A stretch of 64,000 nt of DNA from Thermodesulfobacteriota bacterium (GTDB lineage Bacteria; Desulfobacterota_D; UBA1144; Nemesobacterales; UBA2774), in the NCBI GenBank assembly GCA_965216785.1, contig OZ244197.1, forward strand, positions 32,001-96,000, read 5' to 3'. The notes under the pieces were generated by a model. It worked only from the letters and a program-made list of their open reading frames with translations. It was not told the DNA's origin and did not search any database. A program made the translations under genes and the position numbers. This document shows positions 42,898 to 52,207 of this stretch, piece after piece (the stretch's first letter is position 1; the number at the start of each line of letters is the position of its first letter).

Positions 42898-43125
42898 ATG
42901 AGATTACTCACCTATTTGTTCGCGCTCATGCTGGTAATGGGCGTTTCATTCGGCGGGGCTTCAATTATCACGAGCCAGCCAGTTATGGCAGAAGAAGGCG
43001 AAACTGCAGGCGGCGAAATGACAGATGAGGCCGCAGGCGATGACGAAGGCGCGGAAGCAGCTACAGATGAAACCGCTGAAGGCGAAATAGAAGGCGGCGA
43101 AATGGCTGATGATGCCGAGAAATAA
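42898..43125 (+). CDS. Small secreted, highly acidic low-complexity protein
   Basis: GGAGG RBS, signal peptide (..PVMA), then E/D/A/G-rich tail. Confidence 0.75.
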   Translation: MRLLTYLFALMLVMGVSFGGASIITSQPVMAEEGETAGGEMTDEAAGDDEGAEAATDETAEGEIEGGEMADDAEK

Positions 43126-43149
43126 GATTTTGAGTTTTTGACTATAATC

Positions 43150-43171
43150 GGGGGGAGTACCATGCTCCCCC
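43150..43171 (+). terminator. GC-rich stem-loop after the small acidic gene
   Basis: GGGGGAG-taccatg-CTCCCCC; weak U tract. Confidence 0.5.
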
Positions 43172-43226
43172 TTGATTGCCTCCAACCTATCTATAAAGTA
43201 ATAAAATCCTATGATATCTTTTAGGT

Positions 43227-43439
43227 ATGTCTTTTCTTACGGCGGTATTGGTTGTATCGAATTTTTATCTGGCGCAAATGGGATCTGAATCTATCCAGAT
43301 ACAAAACCATCCGAAACTATATTGCGACAGGGCGTATGAGATATGCCTGACAAAGATATGCATGAGCCAGGACCCGGTGGAGAAACAAAAATGCATGGAC
43401 CGCTGTTACCAAGATTTACTGGAATGTGAGAAGAGGTAG
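43227..43439 (+). CDS. Small Cys-rich putative secreted protein
   Basis: Hydrophobic N-term; C-x6-C-x4-C ... C-x3-C-x6-C. Confidence 0.55.
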   Translation: MSFLTAVLVVSNFYLAQMGSESIQIQNHPKLYCDRAYEICLTKICMSQDPVEKQKCMDRCYQDLLECEKR

Positions 43440-43518
43440 TTGAAGGGACTCGGTATTCACCTTACGATTGTAAATTCTAATAGTTTTAGCCCTCCGGATA
43501 TTTAATCGAAGATCAGCA

Positions 43519-43830
43519 CTATGTATTATCAGTATCGTTAGAATTATTGGTATCGTCGTCAGCCCGTCTGGAAAAAAGCCCTTTTATCTCTTTTCCGAGA
43601 ATAGACCAGAAATCTTTAAGATTGGTATATTTATGGTCGATTTCTTCCAAATAATCGTCTAGATTGTCGATGGCTTCGTGCTGCTCCTCTTCCTTCTCTT
43701 TATTTAACTGCTGCTTTAGATTTGTCAGAGAGTCTTCAAGATCGGTTATTTTACTCTCAAGCTCTTTTTTGCGGTCATTTGTCAATTTCATATTCATCAC
43801 CTTACGCTCTCCTGGCTTCAATCTACTCAC
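43519..43830 (-). CDS. Coiled-coil hypothetical protein
   Basis: Heptad-rich charged ORF coupled to the Na/Pi symporter gene; true start may be the downstream MNMKLT. Confidence 0.6.
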   Translation of the reverse strand: MSRLKPGERKVMNMKLTNDRKKELESKITDLEDSLTNLKQQLNKEKEEEQHEAIDNLDDYLEEIDHKYTNLKDFWSILGKEIKGLFSRRADDDTNNSNDTDNT

Positions 43831-45032
43831 CAGCCAAGTATTTGGCTTACAAAGATAAATATCAAAGGCACTATGAAAAATACTGAAAAAATATACGCAA
43901 CAACATAAAGCTTATTCTTTACGGCAGCGTAAGCAAGCTTTTGTGCCGCGATTAGCGGTATTGTTCGCAAAAACGGAATACCGAATATCACTACGACACC
44001 AAGCACATTATAGACCAGATGGATTAATGCTATCTCTAACGCAAAAATAGCATTTGACCCGGTAATCGCGGTTGCGGCAAGAAGCGCCGTTATACATGTA
44101 CCTATATTAGCTCCCAACGTAAACGGATACACTTTTTTCAGACTAAAGACACCGCTCCCCGCAAGCGGAACGATGAGGCTCGTTGTCGTAGATGATGATT
44201 GTACAAGAACAGTAATAAGCGCTCCCGCGGTAATCCCTGAGAGGGGACCGCGTCCCACGGCGCTGTGCAGTATTTCCTTTGCGCGCCCGACCATTAAAAT
44301 CCTGAGCAATTTGCCTATGAACGTGATTACCAGAAATATCAGCGCTATGCCGATCACTATCATCGCTATCCCCGCTATAATTTCGGGAAGCCATCCTAGT
44401 ACGGTTTCATGCAAAAAGTTAACCGGAGGGTTAATTATAGGCTTCATAAAATTCAGCCCTTTCATGGACATTGGGTTACCGCCAACCAGGATCTTGGCCA
44501 GAAACGCGCCTATTTTGTCCAAAATACCAAAAGCTATTTCCAGAGGCAGGAATATCAGAACATTCATAATATTAAAAGAATCGTGGACTGTAGCTGCCGC
44601 AAACGCTCTTTTGAATTCATTACGTTCTTTTACATGCCCTAAGCTGACAATGGTATTCGTTATCGTCGTGCCAATATTCGCGCCCATCACCATCGGAATG
44701 GCTGTGGTTACGGGAAGTCCACCCGCTACAAGACCAACTATAATTGAAGTGACGGTGCTCGAGGATTGAACAAGCGCAGTGGCAAAGGTGGCGATGAGAA
44801 GCGCGGTTATGGGGTTACTTGCAAAGGCAAAAAGCTGTTTTGCCTGATCGCCTGCGGCCAGTTTAAAGCCACTCCCGATTAAAGCTACTGCAACCAATAA
44901 CAAATAAATGAGACCAATTATGAAAAGCCACTGTACCCATTTGGATTGAGTAGAAATTCCGGATAAACCTTCCGACTTATCGGCATGTCCAGTAACTGTT
45001 GAGGGTATGGTTTTACCTCTTGTGATATCCAT
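43827..45032 (-). CDS. Na+/Pi cotransporter family protein
   Basis: Two QSSS repeats and GANIGT motifs. Confidence 0.92.
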   Translation of the reverse strand: MDITRGKTIPSTVTGHADKSEGLSGISTQSKWVQWLFIIGLIYLLLVAVALIGSGFKLAAGDQAKQLFAFASNPITALLIATFATALVQSSSTVTSIIVGLVAGGLPVTTAIPMVMGANIGTTITNTIVSLGHVKERNEFKRAFAAATVHDSFNIMNVLIFLPLEIAFGILDKIGAFLAKILVGGNPMSMKGLNFMKPIINPPVNFLHETVLGWLPEIIAGIAMIVIGIALIFLVITFIGKLLRILMVGRAKEILHSAVGRGPLSGITAGALITVLVQSSSTTTSLIVPLAGSGVFSLKKVYPFTLGANIGTCITALLAATAITGSNAIFALEIALIHLVYNVLGVVVIFGIPFLRTIPLIAAQKLAYAAVKNKLYVVAYIFSVFFIVPLIFIFVSQILGW

Positions 45033-45159
45033 TTATAATCTCAGCAATAACTTTAACCAAATACGCTTTATGTGCAAAAGGTAAGCTACAACATAAATCC
45101 AGGGTTATATCGTTTTGACAACCGGATAATTAAATGTATTAGGGAGTTCCAAGAGGAAA

Positions 45160-45207
45160 TGGTCGGGGTGGCCGGACTTGAACCGGCGGCCTCTGCGTCC
45201 CGAACGC
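45160..45207 (-). tRNA. 3' fragment of tRNA-Pro(CGG): attachment-site remnant, not a full tRNA
   Basis: Minus strand GCGTTCGGGACGCAGAGGCCGCCGGTTCAAGTCCGGCCACCCCGACCA: anticodon loop, T-arm, acceptor 3' strand and CCA; D-arm and 5' acceptor strand absent. Confidence 0.85.
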
Positions 45208-45323
45208 GTAGGGACAAAAAGTCCTAAACGTTTGATATAACTATAAGTTCCTGAATATATTCGAATAAAAGAGATTAACCACAATTCTAATATATCGATT
45301 GTTTAGAATGTTTTGATTTAGTA

Positions 45324-45347
45324 TAGACACCTATTTGGACACCTAAT
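45324..45347 (+). repeat. Tandem direct repeat GACACCTA (12-bp period), candidate integrase arm-type sites
   Basis: tagacacctatt/tggacacctaat about 120 bp inside the att remnant. Confidence 0.5.
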
Positions 45348-45480
45348 CGACTGAATATGCAGAGTGGGTCAAACCTCACCAAACATAGCGCCGACAACTA
45401 TTATTGATTGGTATATCTTTGGTTCAATGTTTATGCTTGGCATCTTTGCATTTATACATGCTTAATTTTATCTCAATCGA

Positions 45481-46437
45481 CTATTTCTTATTTACCTGTA
45501 GAAACCCGATATTTTGGTGCTTATCAAAAGACATAATGATATTATCAATATCATATTTGGGAATATCGCTCGTACAATCTAACAATTCAAACTGATCACG
45601 ACCAATGAGTTCCCAATCCATAAAGCTTTCCATATAACCTATTTCTCTCATTTCTGGTAGAACATTTGTAATTAATAGCACACCTTGCGGCGATAGTTTC
45701 TGAAATAGTTTGTGAGTAAGCTTTTGTGCTGTTCTTTGTTTCAAATAATCATATAACCCTGAAGCATAAATTAAGTCATATCCTGAATGCTTGAAATTGT
45801 TTCTCAAAATATCGACAACAGAGACAGCACTAGCCTGGACACTACTACCAGAGTAATTTCTGTTCACGTAGTTAACACTTTCTATGTCCTGGTCTATTGC
45901 AGTGTATTCTTCTATTTCATCATTTCTAAAAGATTCAGATAGTTCAATCTCTCTTAGATGACCGCACCCTATCGACAGAACTTTTGTCTTATCGGTAGCA
46001 CGGGCAACGCTGTCTATGACTCTAGCAATATATTGCCTCCGAAGGCGTACGGAATCACATGCAGTCGTATTGAAAGTGTATTCTCGGATTTCGTTACCGA
46101 GTTCGTTAACACCATCAAAATTCACACTTGGATGTCCATATATCATATCCAATAGGTATGCATCTCCAGCATATCCCCTGGGCTTATTGTAAGCCCTCTC
46201 TGTTATAGGGTCTTGATATATAAATTCTTTTATAGGATGGTCCATTAGATAATTCCCTACGATATATTTCCACTCACCTACAGAGCAATTTAGCTTTAGA
46301 TGTCTTAACCCGGCGTAAAAATTATCTAGCGCCTCAGTAATTTTACTATTATTTATTTGATTGTATGCTTCCTCTAGTAGACAAGACGTAAAGTCATCAC
46401 TATATATTTTCCGGGCTAAATTATTTTGTGTCATCAT
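45481..46437 (-). CDS. Class I SAM-dependent methyltransferase, PhcB-like (hydroxy fatty acid methyl ester signal synthase family)
   Basis: KPRGYAGDA..LD.IY, SVR.RR, VLSIGCGHLRE, DQD, YDLIYASGLYDYL, YME.FMDW.LI.R. Confidence 0.7.
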   Translation of the reverse strand: MMTQNNLARKIYSDDFTSCLLEEAYNQINNSKITEALDNFYAGLRHLKLNCSVGEWKYIVGNYLMDHPIKEFIYQDPITERAYNKPRGYAGDAYLLDMIYGHPSVNFDGVNELGNEIREYTFNTTACDSVRLRRQYIARVIDSVARATDKTKVLSIGCGHLREIELSESFRNDEIEEYTAIDQDIESVNYVNRNYSGSSVQASAVSVVDILRNNFKHSGYDLIYASGLYDYLKQRTAQKLTHKLFQKLSPQGVLLITNVLPEMREIGYMESFMDWELIGRDQFELLDCTSDIPKYDIDNIIMSFDKHQNIGFLQVNKK

Positions 46438-46469
46438 TCTCTCCTTTTAGATTATGGTTTCAAGTAGCT

Positions 46470-46652
46470 TTATGAGATTTCAATATTTCCAACTACATCC
46501 TTTAACTGTGATCCGTCCTCATGGGTGTATAAAATGTAAAGGGATACTTCTTTCACCCTCTCCTCTTCGGACTCTTCTGAACTTGCGGCATTAGCCGTCT
46601 TCTCCAGAAATGCTTTCACAACTGCTAAATCTGATTGCTCTATTATCATCAT
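46470..46652 (-). CDS. Small acidic hypothetical protein, first gene of a sigma54 operon
   Basis: AGGAGG RBS 8 nt before ATG 46652; directly follows a sigma54 promoter. Confidence 0.6.
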   Translation of the reverse strand: MMIIEQSDLAVVKAFLEKTANAASSEESEEERVKEVSLYILYTHEDGSQLKDVVGNIEIS

Positions 46653-46689
46653 GACTAAGACCTCCTTTTTCATTATGTGACTTTATAAA

Positions 46690-46705
46690 TGCAACCGGTA
46701 TGCCA
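46690..46705 (-). promoter_or_regulatory. sigma54 -24/-12 promoter
   Basis: Minus strand TGGCATACCGGTTGCA. Confidence 0.8.
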
Positions 46706-46758
46706 AATATATAACTCTCCTTCATCATTAAGTTTTCTAAATTTCAATCTTGTCGGCA

Positions 46759-46795
46759 TGTAAACTACGTTTACATATCGTAAACTCCGTATACA
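46759..46795. promoter_or_regulatory. Tandem palindromic UAS shared by divergent sigma54 promoters
   Basis: TGTAAACTACGTTTACA (46759-75) and CGTAAACTCCGTATACA (46779-95), 20-bp period. Confidence 0.8.
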
Positions 46796-46849
46796 TATCA
46801 GTGATTCACACACACTAACTTATTTAATGATTAAAGAGGCTTACGTTTT

Positions 46850-46865
46850 TGGCATTCTGATTGCT
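46850..46865 (+). promoter_or_regulatory. sigma54 -24/-12 promoter
   Basis: TGGCATTCTGATTGCT. Confidence 0.8.
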
Positions 46866-46900
46866 CTTTAAGGATATAGAACTTTAAGGAGGTAGTTAAA

Positions 46901-47695
46901 ATGAGGATATTGATATTTCTGAGTGTTTTATTTAGCGGTTTATACTTTTCACAGGATGTAACTGCCGAGGGTATAGTATTCTGCCAGAGTAAAATCTTTA
47001 AAGTCGTAAGATACAGGGGCGGCGAGCCCGGAAGCTGTAAACGATTTGAAAATGAGATTGTTATAACTACCGAAATCGGTGAGGCTGGACCTCCCGGGCC
47101 TCAGGGACTAGCTGGACCTGCAGGACCTCAAGGTGATCCTGGACCGGATGGACCAGCCGGACCTGAGGGGCCACAAGGACCGGCAGGACCTATGGGAGAT
47201 GTCGGACCGGAGGGCCCACCAGGTGATATAGACCAAGGTCTTTTGGATGATCTTCAGGAACAAATTGATATTCTAGCAAGTAAGGCATGTGGAGATGGAG
47301 AATTAGATATAATTTTTGGTGAAGAGTGTGATGATGGAAACGAATTAGACCAAGACAGTTGTTCATCTGATTGCTTAATCACAGGCCCAAGTGGTCCTTT
47401 TTGCGGTAATAGAACAATTGAAGATCCTGAAGTATGTGATGCCGATATAATTCTGACTAGTTGTATAGACTTGGGATTTGTAACAGGAGACCTAAGATGT
47501 TCGGACGACTGCCTATCTTTTGATACATCAGGTTGTCTTGACTCAGTATGCGGCAATAACAACCAGGAAAGTGGTGAAGTTTGTGATGGAACAGATTTGG
47601 TTGGTATAGATTGTACTGACTTTGGATTCACAGGAGGTTCCTTAGCATGCGGTTTTGACTGTGTTAGTTTTAATACATCTAATTGTTCTAATTGA
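46901..47695 (+). CDS. Secreted collagen-like (Gly-X-Y) protein with myxobacterial-type Cys-rich repeats (DUF4215-like)
   Basis: Signal peptide; about 17 GXY triplets; CGDG...EECDDGN...CS.DC and CGN.....E.CDG repeats. Confidence 0.8.
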   Translation: MRILIFLSVLFSGLYFSQDVTAEGIVFCQSKIFKVVRYRGGEPGSCKRFENEIVITTEIGEAGPPGPQGLAGPAGPQGDPGPDGPAGPEGPQGPAGPMGDVGPEGPPGDIDQGLLDDLQEQIDILASKACGDGELDIIFGEECDDGNELDQDSCSSDCLITGPSGPFCGNRTIEDPEVCDADIILTSCIDLGFVTGDLRCSDDCLSFDTSGCLDSVCGNNNQESGEVCDGTDLVGIDCTDFGFTGGSLACGFDCVSFNTSNCSN

Positions 47696-47801
47696 ATAAA
47701 GATGTCTCTGACGAATTAGGTTGTTTTATCTTGAATCTTTATAATTTATTGTCAATACTAGGTTAATTATGATTTCATAGATTTTGAAAGGAGTATGTTC
47801 T

Positions 47802-50800
47802 TTGGAGTGTTCAGCTTGTAAATCTGCAATCACATCAGGTGAAAAATTCTGCGGCAATTGCGGAAAGAAAGTAGGGGTTGAGTGTCAGAGCTGCGGCAAT
47901 GAAAATCCCCTTAAGAACAAGTTCTGCTCAGAATGCGGCAGCAAACTGAGTAACGGAACTGTATCTAAACCTGAGAGCTTCTCAAAAGATATTCCTGTAC
48001 AGCTTGCCAGAAAGGTGATAGAAGAAAAAGCACATCTTGAAGGCGAGCGTAAACAGATAACGGTCCTATTTGCGGACATATCAAATTTTACAGCATTATC
48101 CGAGAAGCTCGATCCGGAGGACGTAAAGAACCTAGTGGACGGATGCGCCAAGCTTATCATTCAGGATATTTACCACTATGAGGGTACGGTAGACAAATTT
48201 ACAGGCGATGGTGTTATAGCCCTATTCGGCGCTCCAATTTCACTAGAAGATCATGCAGCCCGTGCATTGAGCTCAGCGATTAAAATCCAGGAATCTGTGA
48301 AGGAATACAGCCGTAAAATAAAGAGCGAATTTGGGTATGAATTAGAAATGAGGATCGGGATAAATACAGGGCTCGTTGTGGTGGGGAGTATAGGGAACGA
48401 CCTTAGCATGGATTATACGGCTATGGGCGATACGATTAACCTCACTTCGAGACTCGAATCGTTTGCTGAACCCGGCACAATTCTGGTCAGCGAAAATACT
48501 CAAAGGTTAGTGAGTGACAGATTCAGTTTCGGTCCGGGCGAAGAATACCGAGTAAAAGGAAAAAAATCGGCCGTAACAGCTTACAAGGTATTAGATACGA
48601 AAGAGGATGTAACGCTTCGCGACTTTCAGACTGAAGGTAGACTGACCAGATTCGTCGGGAGAAAAAGAGAGATAAATACCCTCACTGATAGAATCGACCT
48701 GGCAAAGGAAAGCCAGGGGCAGATTATCTCCGTTATAGGGGAGGCTGGACTTGGGAAAACCCGCCTTATCCATGAGCTTAGAGACTTATTAGGAAATGAA
48801 GACCTTAGATGGGTAGAAGGCAAGAGCCTGTCTTATGGCAAGTCGATACCATATTTCCCTATCATTAACCTGCTGAAAAGTTTTTTTAGGATCGAGTCTG
48901 ATTATAGCGAGCGGGTAACTAAAAATAAAATCGAGAAGGAAATCAGAGAGATTGACTCAGATTTATTGTGGACTCTTCCATTCTTATACAGCCTGTTATC
49001 AATCGGCCCCTCCGATAAGAGTATTGAGCAAATGCACGAACGGGAGATAAGGAGGAAGAGCTACGAGGCTGTTAATTCCATCTTCCAGAGACAGAGCAGA
49101 AAGCAGCCGCTACTTTTAGTAGTCGAAAACCTCCACTGGGTGGACAGCGCTTCAGAGGAGCTTATAAATCACATTGTGCACAATATCGCCAGAAGCAGAA
49201 TTATAATACTGGTCTCAACCCGTCCGGGACATTTACATCTGTTTTCCGATAAATCCTACTATACTCAGATAATTCTAAGCCCCCTTTCAGACGCCGATTG
49301 CGAATCTATGATCAAGCAGATCCTGAAAACTCAAGACGTGTCGCGGGACTTACAGGATTTAATTTTGAACAAATGCGAAGGAAACCCATTGTATCTGGAA
49401 GAGGTCGTTAAGGATCTATTAGAGCAGGGCGCTATAAAGGTATCCATGGGAAAAAGCTCTCTCAGTAAAAAGGGCCATGAACTGGCAGTCCCGGGGACGA
49501 TACTTAGTATTATAATGAGCCGGGTGGACAGATTAGATGAGAACCTTAAAAATACGCTCCAGTGCGCCTCCGTGATAGGGAGAGAGTTTTCGTTCCCTCT
49601 ACTGAACGGCATTACAGGCGGCGGCATAGAATTACATGAAGACCTTGAAAAACTGAAAGAACTTGAGCTGATATACGACAAAGGACCCTCACCTGAGCCT
49701 GAATACTTGTTTAAGCACGCGCTCACTCAGGAAGCCACCTACAACAGCCTTCTCTTCGGTAGAAGAAAAGACCTTCACCTATCAATCGGGAAGCTACTCG
49801 AGAACACACATAAAAACAGGCTCGAAGAATATTATGAGACCCTGGCTTACCACTTCTATCACGGTGAAGACGTAGAGAAGTCTTTAGAATATATGACTCT
49901 AGCTGGAGACAAGGCTTTCAGGCTCCACTCTACTAGAGAGGCCATGGAGTTCTACCAAAAAGCTATTGAGCTCATTATTAAGCAGCCTGAAACCGAGGAA
50001 AATAAATCAAAAAGAGCAAACCTTACCATAAAGCTGACAAGGGTGCTCAGATTTTTCGAATCCCCTAAAAATATACTAGAAATGCTCAAAAGCATTGAGG
50101 ATATTGCTGATACACTCGAAGACTATAATCTAAGGTCCAGAATAATGTCTCTGATCGGTTTATTTACTGTGCTATTGGCTAAGAATCAGGAAGCCGGAAT
50201 CCCCTATTGTGAGAAGAGTATCGAGATCGCGAGCACTTTGAAAGATGAAAAAATCACATCACTGGCGTTCTATAGCCTCACAATGGCCTACTATTTTACA
50301 AGAGGAAAAAACGAAGGAGCCGACCTTTTCAAAAAAGCTTACAAAATTTCAAATAATGCCGGAGATTATTTTGAGGCGAGTCATATTCTGCTGCTCCATG
50401 GTATTTCACTTTGGCATTGGGGAGACTATGAGAAAGCCCAACAATACATAAAGAATTCTCGGGACTACGCTGAAAAAAGAAAAGCTCCTACAATGGCTGC
50501 ACACAGTTATTGCGCACATGGGGGTTACGGGGTGTTTTATGGAAACTTCACACAAAACTACGTCGACGACTGTAAAAAAGCGATGCAAATGTTTAAAGAA
50601 TTAGACGACGTGTACTACTATCTTATAGTTTCAGGCTGTTACTGGTACGGAGTTTACAAAACGACAGGGAATAAAGAAGCGGTTAAAAATCTCGAGGAGA
50701 CAATAAAGAAAAAAGAAGAAAATGATATGTGGATATGGCAGCCGATGCTTTATTCATATTTAGCTGAAGCATACTGTGATTTAGGTATTGAAAGGGAAGC

Positions 50801-51155
50801 GCTCGCATCATGTAAAAAATCGATAGAAATAGCAGAGGGAGCCGGGAACAAATTAGAAGCAGGCAGAGGCAGGATCGCCTTAGGAAAATATTATATAGAT
50901 AAACAAAATCGAGACTTGAAAAAGGCGGAAGTGAGTTTTAAAGAAAGTGTTGAAAACTTTGATGTTATTGAAGCAAATTCGGGCCTTTGTATGAGTTATT
51001 TCAATCTCGGTGCACTTTATAAAGAACAGAAAAACTATAAAGAAGCAAAAGCTTATCTTTCTAAAACTATACCGATGGCTAAAAAAGCGGGGTTATGGTG
51101 GTATTTACGGAGCTCAGAACTCCTCTTAAACGATATAAAGGAAAGCACATCATAA
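47802..51155 (+). CDS. Double zinc ribbon - class III adenylyl cyclase - STAND NTPase - TPR protein
   Basis: Four CxxC; FADISNFT, DKFTGDG, YTAMGDTINLTSRLE; Walker A GEAGLGKT; GNPLYLEE; FKHAL; TPR tail; TTG start after AAGGAG. Confidence 0.9.
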   Translation: MECSACKSAITSGEKFCGNCGKKVGVECQSCGNENPLKNKFCSECGSKLSNGTVSKPESFSKDIPVQLARKVIEEKAHLEGERKQITVLFADISNFTALSEKLDPEDVKNLVDGCAKLIIQDIYHYEGTVDKFTGDGVIALFGAPISLEDHAARALSSAIKIQESVKEYSRKIKSEFGYELEMRIGINTGLVVVGSIGNDLSMDYTAMGDTINLTSRLESFAEPGTILVSENTQRLVSDRFSFGPGEEYRVKGKKSAVTAYKVLDTKEDVTLRDFQTEGRLTRFVGRKREINTLTDRIDLAKESQGQIISVIGEAGLGKTRLIHELRDLLGNEDLRWVEGKSLSYGKSIPYFPIINLLKSFFRIESDYSERVTKNKIEKEIREIDSDLLWTLPFLYSLLSIGPSDKSIEQMHEREIRRKSYEAVNSIFQRQSRKQPLLLVVENLHWVDSASEELINHIVHNIARSRIIILVSTRPGHLHLFSDKSYYTQIILSPLSDADCESMIKQILKTQDVSRDLQDLILNKCEGNPLYLEEVVKDLLEQGAIKVSMGKSSLSKKGHELAVPGTILSIIMSRVDRLDENLKNTLQCASVIGREFSFPLLNGITGGGIELHEDLEKLKELELIYDKGPSPEPEYLFKHALTQEATYNSLLFGRRKDLHLSIGKLLENTHKNRLEEYYETLAYHFYHGEDVEKSLEYMTLAGDKAFRLHSTREAMEFYQKAIELIIKQPETEENKSKRANLTIKLTRVLRFFESPKNILEMLKSIEDIADTLEDYNLRSRIMSLIGLFTVLLAKNQEAGIPYCEKSIEIASTLKDEKITSLAFYSLTMAYYFTRGKNEGADLFKKAYKISNNAGDYFEASHILLLHGISLWHWGDYEKAQQYIKNSRDYAEKRKAPTMAAHSYCAHGGYGVFYGNFTQNYVDDCKKAMQMFKELDDVYYYLIVSGCYWYGVYKTTGNKEAVKNLEETIKKKEENDMWIWQPMLYSYLAEAYCDLGIEREALASCKKSIEIAEGAGNKLEAGRGRIALGKYYIDKQNRDLKKAEVSFKESVENFDVIEANSGLCMSYFNLGALYKEQKNYKEAKAYLSKTIPMAKKAGLWWYLRSSELLLNDIKESTS

Positions 51156-51187
51156 TTGACAATTTACTCATGGATAGAAGGTGAACT

Positions 51188-51937
51188 ATGGCATTTGAAG
51201 AAATAGAGAATAAAGTTGTTCTAATAACAGGGGGCTCGGAAGGTATAGGATTTGGGATTGCAAGAACTTTCGTCAATGCCGGTGCTAGAGTAGCTATCAC
51301 AGGACGAAATATAAATAAATTGGACAAAGCCAAAGAGCTTCTTGGAAATGATGTATTTTCGATTAATGCAGATGTTGCTCAAACCGAAAATTCCGCTGCC
51401 ACTATTGAGAGAGTTGTCAGCGAATTTGGGAGATTGGACATACTAATTAACAACGCCGGAGAGGGGAATCAAAAACCGTTATCTAAATGCGATATTAACG
51501 ACTATGACTTTGTTTTTAATACGAACGTAAGGGGGTTATTCGCTCTGACTCAGGCCGCAACCCCTGAGCTTAAAAAAACAAGTGGGAATATCATAATAAT
51601 AGCTTCGTCACTCGGTTTAAGACCGGCGCCCATGTACGGGGTCTATTCGGCTTCCAAAGCAGCTGTTATCATGTTCGCTCAGATGTGGGCTAAGGAACTT
51701 GCTCCGGACGTAAGAGTCAATTCGATAAGCCCCGGCGGTGTAGATACACCGTTATGGGACAAGCTGGTTGGTAAGGAAAAAAAGGAAGATGTTCTCAGCT
51801 TTGTCAAAGAACGTCATCTGGTAAAAAAGCTCGGCAGCCCGGATGAGATCGGAGGAGCGGCTCTTTACCTTGCTACTGAAGACTGGGTAACCGGAAGTAA
51901 TTTGGTGATAGACGGCGGTCTTTTCTATTCGATATGA
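51188..51937 (+). CDS. SDR family oxidoreductase
   Basis: TGGSEGIG, NNAG, YSASK, VRVNSISPG. Confidence 0.92.
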   Translation: MAFEEIENKVVLITGGSEGIGFGIARTFVNAGARVAITGRNINKLDKAKELLGNDVFSINADVAQTENSAATIERVVSEFGRLDILINNAGEGNQKPLSKCDINDYDFVFNTNVRGLFALTQAATPELKKTSGNIIIIASSLGLRPAPMYGVYSASKAAVIMFAQMWAKELAPDVRVNSISPGGVDTPLWDKLVGKEKKEDVLSFVKERHLVKKLGSPDEIGGAALYLATEDWVTGSNLVIDGGLFYSI

Positions 51938-51987
51938 CTCTAAAATTCACGAATTAGAATCCCAAATTAGCTTCACTTTTCTTCAAC

Positions 51988-52170
51988 TGTAAACATCCAT
52001 TACAGTTAAAATAACTATTTTCTGTTGTTAAGTTCCTTAAATCTCCCAAATTTTAAGTATATATTCAAATTCCAAGATTCACCCTCCTGGCAATCTCTGT
52101 AAGCAGGGTTGACACTTCTGTCAAATTATTCAATGTTTTCAGATGTTTAGAATTTGGCACACTGCTTGCA
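51988..52170 (+). promoter_or_regulatory. sigma54 promoter with two single UAS-like palindromes
   Basis: TGGCACACTGCTTGCA (52155-70); TGTAAACATCCATTACA (51988-52004); TGTAAGCAGGGTTGACA (52098-52114). Confidence 0.75.
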
Positions 52171-52207
52171 AAAATATTAAATCAAAAATCACTTGGAGGT
52201 GATCGAT

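Noticed and set aside
45160-45235. Complete tRNA-Pro gene
   Set aside because: The sequence 5' of the anticodon arm cannot form a D-arm or pair with the acceptor 3' strand; only the 3' 48 nt are tRNA-like
47078-47226. Periodic DNA repeat or CRISPR-like array
   Set aside because: The 9-bp periodicity is explained by collagen Gly-X-Y codons; I saw no repeat-spacer array in the window
47802-51155. Pycsar- or Avs-type anti-phage system
   Set aside because: The DZR-cyclase-STAND-TPR architecture is a common signalling family, the specificity residues point to ATP, and no cognate effector is adjacent; a defence role is not excluded but is unsupported
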